The translations under genes and the position numbers were made by a program. A DNA stretch of 64,000 nt from Eledone cirrhosa (taxonomy: Eukaryota), in assembly GCA_964016885.1 (NCBI GenBank), contig OZ024740.1:187798001-187862000 (forward strand). The letters are read 5' to 3'. This document shows, piece by piece, positions 1-11,309 of the stretch. Under the pieces are notes generated by a model that was not told the origin of the DNA, ran no database searches, and saw only the letters and a program-made list of their open reading frames with translations. How positions within the stretch are numbered: the stretch's first letter is position 1; each line of letters begins with the position of its first letter.

Positions 1-67
1 GTACGGAACCAGATGGATCATAACGCACCAAAGTACTCAATACTTAGGGTAGTAGAGTGGGTAATAC

Positions 68-87
68 TATATATATATGTATATATG

Positions 88-135
<48 letters not shown>
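68..135. repeat. (TA)n/(TATG)n microsatellite
   Basis: Direct reading. Confidence 0.95.
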
Positions 136-136
<1 letters not shown>

Positions 137-1543
137 CAATGAGTATAGCGAGGAATTTAGCGTACAGGTCGGTGTCCATCAGGGCTCTGTACTTAGCCCT
201 CTCCTGTTCATCATAGTCCTGCAGGCAATGACGAAGTAATTCAAGATCGGATGCCCATGGGAACTCCTGTATACAGATAAACTCGCACTTATAGCTGAAT
301 CTATGGTAGAACTAGAGAAGAAATTCCAAACTTGGAAGCAGGGACTAGAAAGAAAGGGTCTCAAAGTCAATCTGACAAAGACTAAGATCCTTGTAAGTAG
401 ACGAGCAAACAGAACCCAGATCCCCTCAGGGAAATGGCCTTGCTCAGTATGTAGGAAAGGTGTAGGTAGGAACTACATTCTCTGCCCCAAATGTAAACAA
501 ATGGTACACAAGAGATGTAGCGGGATCTCAGGAAGCTTAACTAAGAATGTAGGCTTCACATGTAACAGCTGTACTGGGACAGTAAGCAGCAAACAGCTAC
601 AGGAATAAAGTACCACCAATCTCTGGGAAGGCGCTGTAGAGACAGTAGACATCTTCTGCTACCTAGGTGACCAAATTAGCAGCAGAGGTGGGTGTTCAGA
701 AAGTACAATAACTAGGGTAAGACCGGGATGGAAGAAGTTCAGGGAGCTACTGCCACTGCTAGCTGCAAAAGGCTCTTCCCTCAAAATGAAAGGCAGACAG
801 TATGATGCGTGTATACGAACAACAATATTACATGGTAGTGAGACCTGGGCACTGAATGTGGAAGACTTGCGTAGATTAGAAAGAAACGAACCCTGCATGC
901 CCCGATGGATGTGTAATAGTAATATACGCGAACGGCAAAGCATAGATGAATTGAGAGAGAGACTGAGCATAAGAGGAATCAAATGCCGTGTGCAGGAGAG
1001 GCGGTTGCATTGGTATGGACATGTGATGCATATGAAGGATGACAGCTGCATAAAAAGTTGCAGAGTACTAGAAGTCGATGGAAACCACGGAGTGGGGAGA
1101 CCCAAGATGACCTGGGATGAGGTGATAAAAGCTGACCTTAATTAATTACACCTCTCAAAGGCGATGACATACGACCGTGACCTCTGGCTTCACGCAGTAA
1201 TACAGAGTACCTGACCCCCCACGGGTACAAGCCGAAGCTGAAGCATATAGACAATATGCCCCCACACCCTCCCACTGCAAAGTGGTCATGGGGATGCCAC
1301 GGTATAAAAGCACCCAGCCCACACTGTAAAATGGACGTGTAGGCACCACGGAAAAAAGCACCCAGCACTAACTGTAAATGAGGTTGGTGTTAGGAAGGGC
1401 ATCCGGCTGTAGAAATCAAGCCAGAATCAGTTCCCGTATGAGCAAGACAAGGTCAGCCGACCGGACACTGCCCACAACAGGACAAGCTGTCTAACCCATG
1501 CTAGCGTTGAAGAACTGACGTAAAATGGTGATGATGATGATGA
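137..1543 (+). mobile_element. RTE-clade LINE, 3' part (decayed RT + 3'UTR + (GAT)n tail)
   Basis: Translates to VGVHQGSVLSPLLF, CPWELLYTDK (degenerate YADD), FCYLGD, ILHGSETW, RRLHWYGHVMH and GRPKMTW, all RTE RT motifs. In-frame TAA at 237-239 and 606-608. 3'UTR ends in GATGATGAT. The 5' side abuts (TA)n. Confidence 0.9.
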
Positions 1544-1627
1544 TATATATACATATGTATATATATATATGTATATATATATATGTATATATATATGTAC
1601 ATATGCATATATATATATGTGCATGTG

Positions 1628-1663
<36 letters not shown>

Positions 1664-1770
1664 CATATATATATGTGTGTGTGTATATATATATGTGTGT
1701 GTGTATATATATATATATCCATACATATGTGTGTGTATATATATATGTATATATACAAACACATATATAT
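1544..1770. repeat. Compound (TA)n/(TG)n microsatellite
   Basis: Direct reading. Confidence 0.95.
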
Positions 1771-2085
1771 TGGCCTTGCAATCGAAAGGTTGTGAGTTCA
1801 ATTCTCAGACCGGATGATGTGTTGTTTCCTTGAGCAAGACACTTTATTTCACATTGCTCCCGTTTACTCAGCTGTAGAAATGAGATGATAGGGACTGGGA
1901 TCCATATCATTCCATTGCAAAGTGGTTGTGGAGGTGCCACGGCAAAAGAGCACCCAGCACTCACTGTAAATGAGGCTGGTGTTAGGAAGGGCATCCAGCT
2001 GTAGAAATCAACCCTGAATCAGTTCCAGTCCCACCCCTGCAAGCAGGGAAAAAGCGGACGTAAAATGAAATGATGAAATGAGGAT
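1769..2085 (+). mobile_element. tRNA-derived SINE with RTE-derived tail (head truncated)
   Basis: B box GAGTTCAATTC, CORE-like TTTCCTTGAGCAAGACACTT, and a tail matching the LINE 3'UTR (GGTGTTAGGAAGGGCATCCAGCTGTAGAAATC). Closely similar to 9373-9718. Confidence 0.85.
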
Positions 2086-2120
2086 ACACGCACACTTATA
2101 TGCATATATATATAGAGAGA

Positions 2121-3633
2121 GAGATTACAATAATCAAAGTTCAGTTTAATTCATTTATTTGCTTACAATTGTTTCCTCCAAACCGAGGTTTGGATTCTTC
2201 GGAGCAACTATTTACTGATCTATAACATACTTGACCTCCTTTTCAACCCAAGAGACACATAAAACATATGCGCATATTGATCAACAGTGGGGTGACACTC
2301 ATCAAATGATATAGCATGGCAATTTACATGTAAAGGTTACAGGATAACAATAAAAACAAAAATAAAAATAAAAGCAAGAATGAAAATAAAGATAAACATG
2401 AAGCGTTGGCAGTCTATGAAGATAAAGCAAGAGGAAAGCTTAGAGTAGTCAGTGCATGAAACAATCTCACGTGTAGCATGCACGCGTGTCTTATTTATAT
2501 ATGATTAGAGTGCGTCAGAATGATATTTGCAGGGTCAGGCAGTTGAAGCAGGCAATCGATCTTATTATGTGGGCTGAATTATTAAGTCATTTATTCTCAA
2601 ACATCTGTATGATATACAGTCTCGGATGCAGGGAAACACCAAAATATCAGAAACTTTCAACATACTATAAACCTTATTGTATCGTAGGCAAAGCCGTACC
2701 ACTGTCTTCGCTCACACCACCACTCACATAATCCATTAGACGCAATATATAGAACACGTGTCTATCGTATAATTCGCGATGGTTCAGCATATAATCAAGT
2801 TATAAACCGTATCCAGTCGGTTCTTAATTAATAGATCATGCTGTCCAGATTCCGGAAGTGTCTGAATGACTAAGGGGAATTAATGCGTAAGGGGAGGTAA
2901 CTAGCTAGTTATCTTAGTTAAATTACTATCCTAAACTACATTAATGGTGATTCAAATACGTGCCTATCATATGAAGTTATAACTAATTTCTAGAGTATGT
3001 TTCCCAATTATAGGTTAGAGAGTTGTCCATTAAGAAGTACAAGGGTGTATATATTAAGATGATTACCATGCATTAAGGGGTGTCCTATCTGAACATTCTA
3101 TAAGAGGAGTCAGACTCTCAAGTCACTGTTCCATGCAAATGTAATATAACAGTAGGACCTGGTATGGTCCCACTATTATATATGCCCCCCGGTAAGCTCC
3201 GGGTCATTGCATGTCTGAATCTCCAGTAAATCTTCGGTATGGTCCGGAGATCTAATTTCACATATAAAGGCACTAGTCTGGTCGTCAAGGAATAGACAAC
3301 CCCCATCTCATATATAAATCAATTAAGTATCACATCTACAAGTTAGAGTGGAGTCTATTAATAGGTACTAAAGGAGTTCACATCAAGATGATTACAATCT
3401 GGAGATTAAATCTCTCATACCAGGGCACCTGTCTGGCCACCAAGCAATACATAAACTCACATCCCACATATAGATCGGGTATCCCATCCACAAGCTAGAG
3501 TGGAGTCCAGTAACAAGTACTAAAGGAGTTCGTATCATGATGACTACAATCCAACATGGGGTGCCACACCTGGCCAATCCATAAGAAGAGTCAGACTACA
3601 TAATTAAGTACATGGGTCTCACTATCAGTAATG
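2121..3633 (-). repeat. PLE pseudo-LTR / 3'UTR copy 1
   Basis: Near-identical to 6830-8343 (about 10 substitutions counted by eye). Confidence 0.95.
2159..2207 (-). ncRNA. Minimal type I hammerhead ribozyme, copy 1 (variant core)
   Basis: Minus strand reads TTGCT CCGAAGA A TCCAAAC-CTCG-GTTTGGA G GAAAC AATT GTA AGCAA: stem I TTGCT/AGCAA, stem II, GAAA, palindromic stem III ACAATTGT and a GUA cleavage triplet. Confidence 0.8.
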
Positions 3634-4136
3634 GTCTTATTATCATACATGACCTCCGGCGAGATTCAGGTCGTGGTATGACTGCACACCCGGTAAATTC
3701 ACCAGGGTGGTCCGGTGGCCGGTTCTCTCGTCAAAATGTGTCGGTCAGGTCACCAGGCAACACAGAGGCTCCTAACTCATGCATCTCCTGTGCATAATTC
3801 ATTGGACTGATCGTTTACAGTATATATTCACATAACAATACGATTATCTATCTAATCATCAATCTATCTCTTGGTGGGAATCCATGCACAGGACTATGTT
3901 ATCGCAACCAGTACCGTGTCCCCGGATTATACTAGTCTTATATTTGTGCAATGCAGATTAAGTAGTCCACGGTCGAGATATCAGAATTAGAGGTACAAGG
4001 GGGTATTCCCAGGGTAGGTGGTTCTAAAGTGCTGTCAGTATTATCTTTAGAGTATACAAATGGGTGTGGATGTGAGGTGTAAGGTGAGCTACGGATGTTA
4101 ATTGCTAGGGGTGGTGCCGGTTCCAGACCGACATTA

Positions 4137-6614
4137 TTATATATAGGGTTTAAAGTTTTGGAACGAGTGTCGGAAGCGGTGTTGGCAAGTTGCGAACACT
4201 TCTGATTTTTTATTAAGGAGATTATGATTAGAGAAGATGATAGTATGGGTCTCTAGTAGACAGAGGTTACAAAATTTATTAGGTGGTTTGTACGATGTTG
4301 TACTACCTACCACTTCCCATTTAAGTGTATATATTTTATTTTTAGTTTTTAGATAGTGTATGTAGCTAGATAGTGAAGTGGAGTTGGCTAGACTGTGTTT
4401 TTTGAAAGAGTGGAGGTGCGAATTGTATCTAGTTTTGAAGAAGTTAGAAGTAGAGCCTATATAGGTTTCAGAAGAGTTGTTAGTTGTGACTGTACATGAG
4501 TATATGATATCCTTGGTTAATAATTTGTTATCTAAAGGGCAGGTTCTACCTGATCTACAGTTACAATTACTCTGGGTGCTAGTCTGCCGGTTACTATGCT
4601 GTGTAGAAGTTTGGATGTTAGCTATAGGGTTATGGTTATGTGGGTTGTGGTACGCGGCGTTAATGTTTACACTAATGCTATTACTATTATTTCCATTGAT
4701 ATTACGGCTATTTGCTATAATGTTACTTTGACTGTTATTTTGAATGTTATTTTGAAGGTTTATCGACTTTTGTGATTTAGTTTGTTGGAAGTAAGAATTA
4801 ATTTTTCTTTTATTTGTACTAGCTATGTGGTATGCTAAGTTAGGCGTAGTAGAGTAAGAGATCTTAATAGTGTTTTTGTTTAAAAGGCCGTGGTACCTGT
4901 GGCCGGATGGGAAGTGTTTATCTAGTAGTGAGAAGAAAGCCCTAGGTAGGTTGGTGGAGACGTTTAAATTGAAAGGAGGGTTGAAAAATGTATTATTTCT
5001 TCTTCTATTTCTGTTTTTTATGTCTGGTGATTTCTTTCCTTTAATGTTCCTATGGTCATTTTTGTGGTGCGGGTTACTTTTGTTGTTACAATCCCTATTA
5101 GTGTGTGTGCAGTTGCTATTCCTATTGTTATATTTTCCCATGAACATGTGTGAAATGATGCTGTAGCTATGTGTTTTTGTAGGTAGGAACTCTATCCCTG
5201 TATTATGGCCTGATCTAGCTAATGCCTGATTATAATACTGAGAGTTATTGTTAAATGTGTTTATGTCATAGGATAGATTAGAGATTCTATTAGATACTCC
5301 CTTAGAGATAGAGTTCAATATAGATTTAGGGTGATTAGACTTGGTATCTACGTAGATGAGTTTTTCATTAGGTTTGTGGAAAGGTGCATATATCATTGAG
5401 TCTAGGTAGAGTGTGGCGTCTAGGAAGTTGACGTTGTTTGTGTTTTTGTCCATGGTAATACTAAGGTTAAAGTTTTTGAATGTTTTGTGCAATAGTTTTC
5501 TAGTCCTTTCTATATTGAATTTTTTATAGTCTATAAGTAGAAGTGCATCGTCGCGATACAAACCACCGCTGAGGTACGGAAGTTCCCTGTGGATTTGGTT
5601 AAGTAAGTATAGGCCAACTAAATCAGTGACCTGCGCCGAGTCACTAGACCCCATAGTAATGTCGAAGTTGTTTTGCGTGTCCTTGCGGGTCCATAATTGG
5701 TCTTCAAAGGTGATTATTGTTTTACGGGCCGCAAGTATGACATCAATCTGGGGTCTAGTCAAGTCACTATTGTCCATGGCCATTATAAGTGCCTTATTTA
5801 GTAGGATAGGGGAAATAGAGGTGTAGTAAGAGTTGATATCAAATTGAATAAATTTTTTTATCCTTGTTATCTATGATATTTTTGAACCATTCAATCACTT
5901 CACCCGTATTTCCCCATTGTTTAAGGTAAATCTTGTGTTTAATCTGTGGGATGATTTTGTCTAGAATTTTTTTACTGATAATGCCAATGTCAAACCTGGA
6001 GGGGCAGATTAGTCTAATCGAGGGGTTGTTAATGAAGTCTACCTTATGGTCCTTCAGAGAGAATCTAGGGGGGGGGTGTAAGGTTGTGTATGTCTCTGGA
6101 GCCCTAGTTTGGATACTATATTATAGCCTTCCATATTAATATCTTCTAAGTTTTTCATAGTGGTTTTCTTGTAGCTTTTATGTAGTTCATTATATATAAA
6201 CTTTCTATACGTATTATAATCTAGGCTGTATATGTTATTAGTTTTGTCGGCATGTACAAAAATGTTACTACTAGTTTTGAAGTCATTAATAGAGGTGCTA
6301 AGTTTGTTTAAGAAGGTGTTGTTTTTATTATGGTGTTTTTTGTATTTAATGTTTTTAACTAGTTTAATTAGGTCGTTTTCGAAGTGGTTTAGTAGTGTGT
6401 TATGAGGGGGGATTCTAAATGTTTTAAAGCCGAAGGAGTCAAATTTGTTGGTGTTATTATCCTTGCCAGATTTGTTTCTATCATAATGGAATGTCCTCCA
6501 TCTCACTCTATTGATAAAGAAGTTTACACTGTTGATCAACAACTTTTCATATGTATTTTTCGTTGGTAAAGGTATGTTCTTGGTTGACATAGGGAGTTGG
6601 TCTTTGATCAGCAT
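4137..6614 (-). pseudogene. PLE reverse transcriptase + GIY-YIG endonuclease (two compensating frameshifts; 825 aa if repaired)
   Basis: Motifs ADKTNNIY, LKDHK..IRLICP, FIQFDINSYYTSI, MGSSDSAQVTDLVG, GLYRDDAL, NFLDATL, CNCRSGRTCPL, IIYSCTV..TYIGST..FKTRYNSH, CNLCLLE, LLNKKSE..CQH. ORFs 6054-6614 and 4137-5783 share a frame; the ~70 codons between G9 (6068-6076) and T7 (5853-5859) are in another frame. Confidence 0.92.
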
Positions 6615-6829
6615 GCTGGTAATTTATGGTATATCAGCTCAACAAAATGGAGCAGTTATTAGTATTAAGGGTACTATTTATGGTTATGTATGTAATAAAA
6701 CCTTTAATGGTAATATATGATATATACAAACCTTAAATAGTGAAAGATAGTCATTAATTACTATCCTATTACCAGTAAGATAAATAGCTCAATGTAATAA
6801 CATCAGTTGTTTTACAGAGCAGTTATATA

Positions 6830-8343
6830 GAGATTACAATAATCAAAGTTCAGTTTAAGTCATTTATTTGCTTACAATTGTTTCCTCCAAACCGAGGTTT
6901 GGATTCTTCGGAGCAACTATTTACTGATCTATAACATACTTGACCTCCTTTTCAACCCAAGAGACACATAAAACATATGCGCATATTGATCAACAGTGGG
7001 GTGACACTCATCAAATGATATAGCATGGCAATTTACATGTAAAGGTTACAGGATAACAATAAAAACAAAAATAAAAATAAAAGCAAGAATGAAAATAAAG
7101 ATAAACATGAAGCGTTGGCAGTCTATGAAGATAAAGCAAGAGGAAAGCTTAGAGTAGTCAGTGCATGAAACAATCTCACGTGTAGCATGCACGCGTGTCT
7201 TATTTATATATGATTAGAGTGCGTCAGAATGATATTTGCAGGGTCAGGCAGTTGAAGCAGGCAATCGATCTTATTATGTGGGCTGAATTATTAAGTCATT
7301 TATTCTCAAACATCTGTATGATATACAGTCTCGGATGCAGGGAAACACCAAAATATCAGAAACTTTCAACATACTATAAACCTTATTGTATCGTAGGCAA
7401 AGCCGTACCACTGTCTTCGCTCACACCACCACTCACATAATCCATGAGACGCAATATATAGAACACGTGTCTATCGTATAATTCGCGATGGTTCAGCATA
7501 TAATCAAGTTATAAACCGTATCCAGTCGGTTCTTAATTAATAGATCATGCTGTCCAGATTCCGGAAGTGTCTGAATGACTAAGGGGAATTAATGCGTAAG
7601 GGGAGGTAACTAGCTAGTTATCTTAGTTAAATTACTATCCTAAACTACATTAATGGAGATTCAAATACGTGCCTATCATATGAAGTTATAACTAATTTCT
7701 AGAGTATGTTTCCCAATTATAGGTTAGAGAGTTGTCCATTAAGAAGTACAAGGGTGTATATATTAAGATGATTACCATACATTAAGGGGTGTCCTATCTG
7801 AACATTCTATAAGAGGAGTCAGACTCTCAAGTCACTGTTCCATGCAAATGTAATATAACAGTAGGACCTGGTATGGTCCCACTATTATATATGCCCCCCA
7901 GTAGGCTCCGGGTCATTGCATGTCTGAATCTCCGGTAAATCTTCGGTATGGTCCGGAGATCTAATTTCACATATAAAGGCACTAGTCTGGTCGTCAAGGA
8001 ATAGACAACCCCCATCTCATATATAAATCAATTAAGTATCACATCTACAAGTTAGAGTGGAGTCTATTAATAGGTACTAAAGGAGTTCACATCAAGATGA
8101 TTACAATCTGGAGATTAAATCTCTCATACCAGGGCACCTGTCTGGCCACCAAGCAATACATAAACTCACATCCCACATATAGATCGGGTATCCCATCCAC
8201 AAGCTAGAGTGGAGTCCAGTAACAAGTACTAAAGGAGTTTGTATCATGATGACTACAATCCAACATGGGGTGCCACACCCGGCCAATCCATAAGAAGAGT
8301 CAGACTACATAATTAACTACATGGGTCTCACTATCAGTAATGG
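6830..8343 (-). repeat. PLE pseudo-LTR copy 2 (upstream partial tandem copy)
   Basis: Direct repeat of 2121-3633; the ORF track shows the same short ORFs at offset 4709. Confidence 0.95.
6868..6916 (-). ncRNA. Minimal type I hammerhead ribozyme, copy 2
   Basis: Identical to 2159-2207; lies about 250 nt upstream of the RT start codon. Confidence 0.8.
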
Positions 8344-8568
8344 AGGAAACAATTGTAAGCAAATAAATGACTTAAACTGAACTTTGATTATTGTAATCTC
8401 TATATAACTGCTCTGTAAAACAACTGATGTTATTACATTGAGCTATTTATGTTACTGGTAATAGGATTGTAATTAATGACTATCTTTCACTATTTAAGGT
8501 TTGTATATATAATATATTACCATTAAAGGTTTTATTACATACATAACCATAAATAGTACCCTTAATAC

Positions 8569-8570
<2 letters not shown>
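8341..8570 (+). repeat. Inverted PLE segment (reverse complement of 6660-6889)
   Basis: TGGAGGAAACAATTGTAAGC...CCCTTAATACTA is the reverse complement of 6660-6889, with about 3 mismatches. Confidence 0.95.
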
Positions 8571-8606
<36 letters not shown>

Positions 8607-8667
8607 CTCTAACCACTTAGCCACACCGTTTCACTAGATATATATCTATATATATATATTTATATAT

Positions 8668-8707
<40 letters not shown>
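8569..8707. repeat. (TA)n microsatellite interrupted by a short minus-strand SINE-head fragment (about 8607-8640)
   Basis: Direct reading; the fragment's reverse complement contains GTGGCTAAGTGGTTAGAG (A-box-like). Confidence 0.8.
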
Positions 8708-8710
<3 letters not shown>

Positions 8711-8935
8711 TTTACATTCATTTAAATTATTAATTTATTGATATTTTTTATCTGAGTGTCCCGAATCTTCTGTTATCGATTTTTTATCGTGCGGTTGATT
8801 TTAGACTTGTTCTATGTGTGACGGTATTTTAACGATAGTTATAGCTCTGATTTATCTGAATTATTGAGCCCTCTGCCGCTCATTTCGAATTTTGTTTATC
8901 GTGAACTCGTGCGCCGATTTTTCGATACTCGATCA

Positions 8936-9372
<437 letters not shown>

Positions 9373-9718
9373 AGGCACATGGCTTAGTGGTTAGAGCATT
9401 GGGTTGGGCTTGCAATCGAAAGGTTGTGAGTTCAATTCTCAGACCGGGTGGTGTGTTGTTTCCTTGAGCAAGACACTTTATTTCACATTGCTCCAGTTTA
9501 CTCAGCTGTAGAAATGAAATGATAGGGACCGGGGTCTCTATCATTCCACTGCAAAGTGGTCGTGGAGGTGCCACGGCAAAAAAGCACCCAGCACTCACTG
9601 TAAATGAGGTTGGTGTTAGGAAAGGCATCCAGCTGTAGAAATCAAGCCAGAATCAGTTCCCATCCCACCCTTGCAAGCAGGGAAAAGCGGACGTAAAATG
9701 AAATGATGAAATGATGAT
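9373..9718 (+). mobile_element. Full-length tRNA-derived SINE with RTE-derived tail
   Basis: A box TGGCTTAGTGG, B box GAGTTCAATTC, CORE-like block, RTE 3'UTR tail, ATGA-type end. Confidence 0.9.
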
Positions 9719-9758
9719 ATTTATGTATACACAAACATATATATATATATTTATGTAT

Positions 9759-9847
<89 letters not shown>

Positions 9848-10212
9848 AAATCATCTTTATCATCGTTTAACATCTATCTTCCATGCTACAATGGATTATA
9901 TATATATATATATATATGGTAACATAAATATGTGATATCACTAAAATGATATATTGATATTTTTTTTGTCTACAAAATCCCTTTGTATATACCATGAGCT
10001 GATCAGATTTAACTGATATATAATTACTGTTGTTCTAATAAATCTTTTAAAATTAATTTTGGTAAATAAATTAGAGTATGCTGTGAGACATTTTAATTTA
10101 TAATGGGTAGAGTTATTAGAATGCATTGTTTGAAAATATATTAACTTGCATGACAGGTCTTTCTGTTTCTAGCCACTTTATTATGAAATAGGAGTGGCTG
10201 AATCTATCCACT

Positions 10213-10468
10213 TTAACACTTTTTATACCAAAACACCTGCAACCACCCATGATTTTACAATATAAATCTGTTTATTTTAAAGTTTTTATATTTATCTAAA
10301 AGCTTTCTACCATAATTTTATGTGTGAACCTTTATGTTCAAGACACCAAGAAAATAATGAGAAATTTAGTTGTATATATTAAAATCTTCAAATTCTTGAT
10401 TTTTTTTCAAAGTTATTTAAAACACTAGTCAGGATCTTTCATTAGAAATATAGTTACAAAAGGGTTAA
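10213..10468. mobile_element. Degenerate TTAA-flanked (piggyBac-type) MITE
   Basis: TTAA|CACTTTTTATAC ... GTTACAAAAGGG|TTAA; imperfect TIRs. Confidence 0.45.
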
Positions 10469-11309
10469 GTCAGATCATGGTAACTCAAATAATTTGCTTT
10501 CCTAACATTTGGGAAATAACACTGACAGCCAAGTTTGAGATATAATTTATTGGAAATAATTTGGTTTTTCAATCATCCAGTAAGCAGAAAATAATTTATG
10601 AAAATGCTTGCTGGCATCACTGACATGGTTATTTTAAAAAGAAAGAAAGTAGTATTCATTGCTGAATACCTTTTGGCAATATCATGCAAGGTGTTTATAG
10701 TAGGTGTTTTGTTTTTCTCATTTATATAGTATTCCATCATATAAATTTAATAGAGTAATTAGCTTTTTATACTGTAAAGATGTATTTTCCAAGAGGGTTT
10801 TTGTTTAAAGTTTATGAGCAATGAACAAGTAAAGTAAAGAAGTTCACTTAAGTGAGTATTTTCTATGCCTGTCAAATAATTGTATTCCTAATAGTTACAG
10901 TCAGATTCTCATTAAAAGCATAATTGAGAATTCTTTATACAAATTATGTTCATTACTATCTAATTAAAATGCAAGGTTCTATCAAATATAACTCAGAGTT
11001 TGTTCAGTGTAATTCTTTCTCAATTGCAAAAGATTTTCAATCACATTATTCATACGGTTTTCAATTTAAAAGCCAAATCTTGATGCTAAAATTATGCCTA
11101 AATTATTGTCCAATTATTTTGCAATTCTCTGAAAGAAATTAATTGAAAAGGTTTTACTGCATCATCTAAATGATCAAATTGAATATATAACCATTTGTCT
11201 TCTTCAAATGGGTAAAATTGTAAGATTTCATTTCACATTTTGAGCAATGGCATTTGCAAAGATTTCCCTCTTTTTAGGTATATGTGTTGCCTTCCATGCA
11301 ATTAAATTT

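Larger units (their letters stand above)
2121..8570 (-). mobile_element. Penelope-like retroelement (C-terminal GIY-YIG type, Hydra-clade-like) with tandem pseudo-LTRs and inverted tail
   Basis: RT+EN ORF 6614->4137; direct repeat 2121-3633 / 6830-8343 (offset 4709); inverted copy 8341-8570 of 6660-6889; both ends abut (TA)n/(GA)n; no TSD seen. Confidence 0.93.

Noticed and set aside
3225-3250. Second CCGAAGA on the PLE sense strand as another hammerhead
   Set aside because: No stem II followed by GAAA and no NUH site.
2486-3797. Short ORFs duplicated in both pseudo-LTRs as possible accessory genes
   Set aside because: 60-80 aa, some with non-ATG starts, no motifs; duplication is explained by the repeat itself.
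4477-5166. Plus-strand hydrophobic ORFs opposite the PLE ORF
   Set aside because: Antisense shadows of the A/C-rich coding strand.
2121-8343. LTR retrotransposon or assembly duplication interpretation of the 1.5 kb direct repeats
   Set aside because: No TG..CA ends, PBS, gag or integrase; the RT/GIY-YIG is PLE-type, and the copies differ by scattered substitutions.
9373-9450. tRNA gene
   Set aside because: A/B boxes are present but continue into SINE core and tail; no acceptor stem or terminator.
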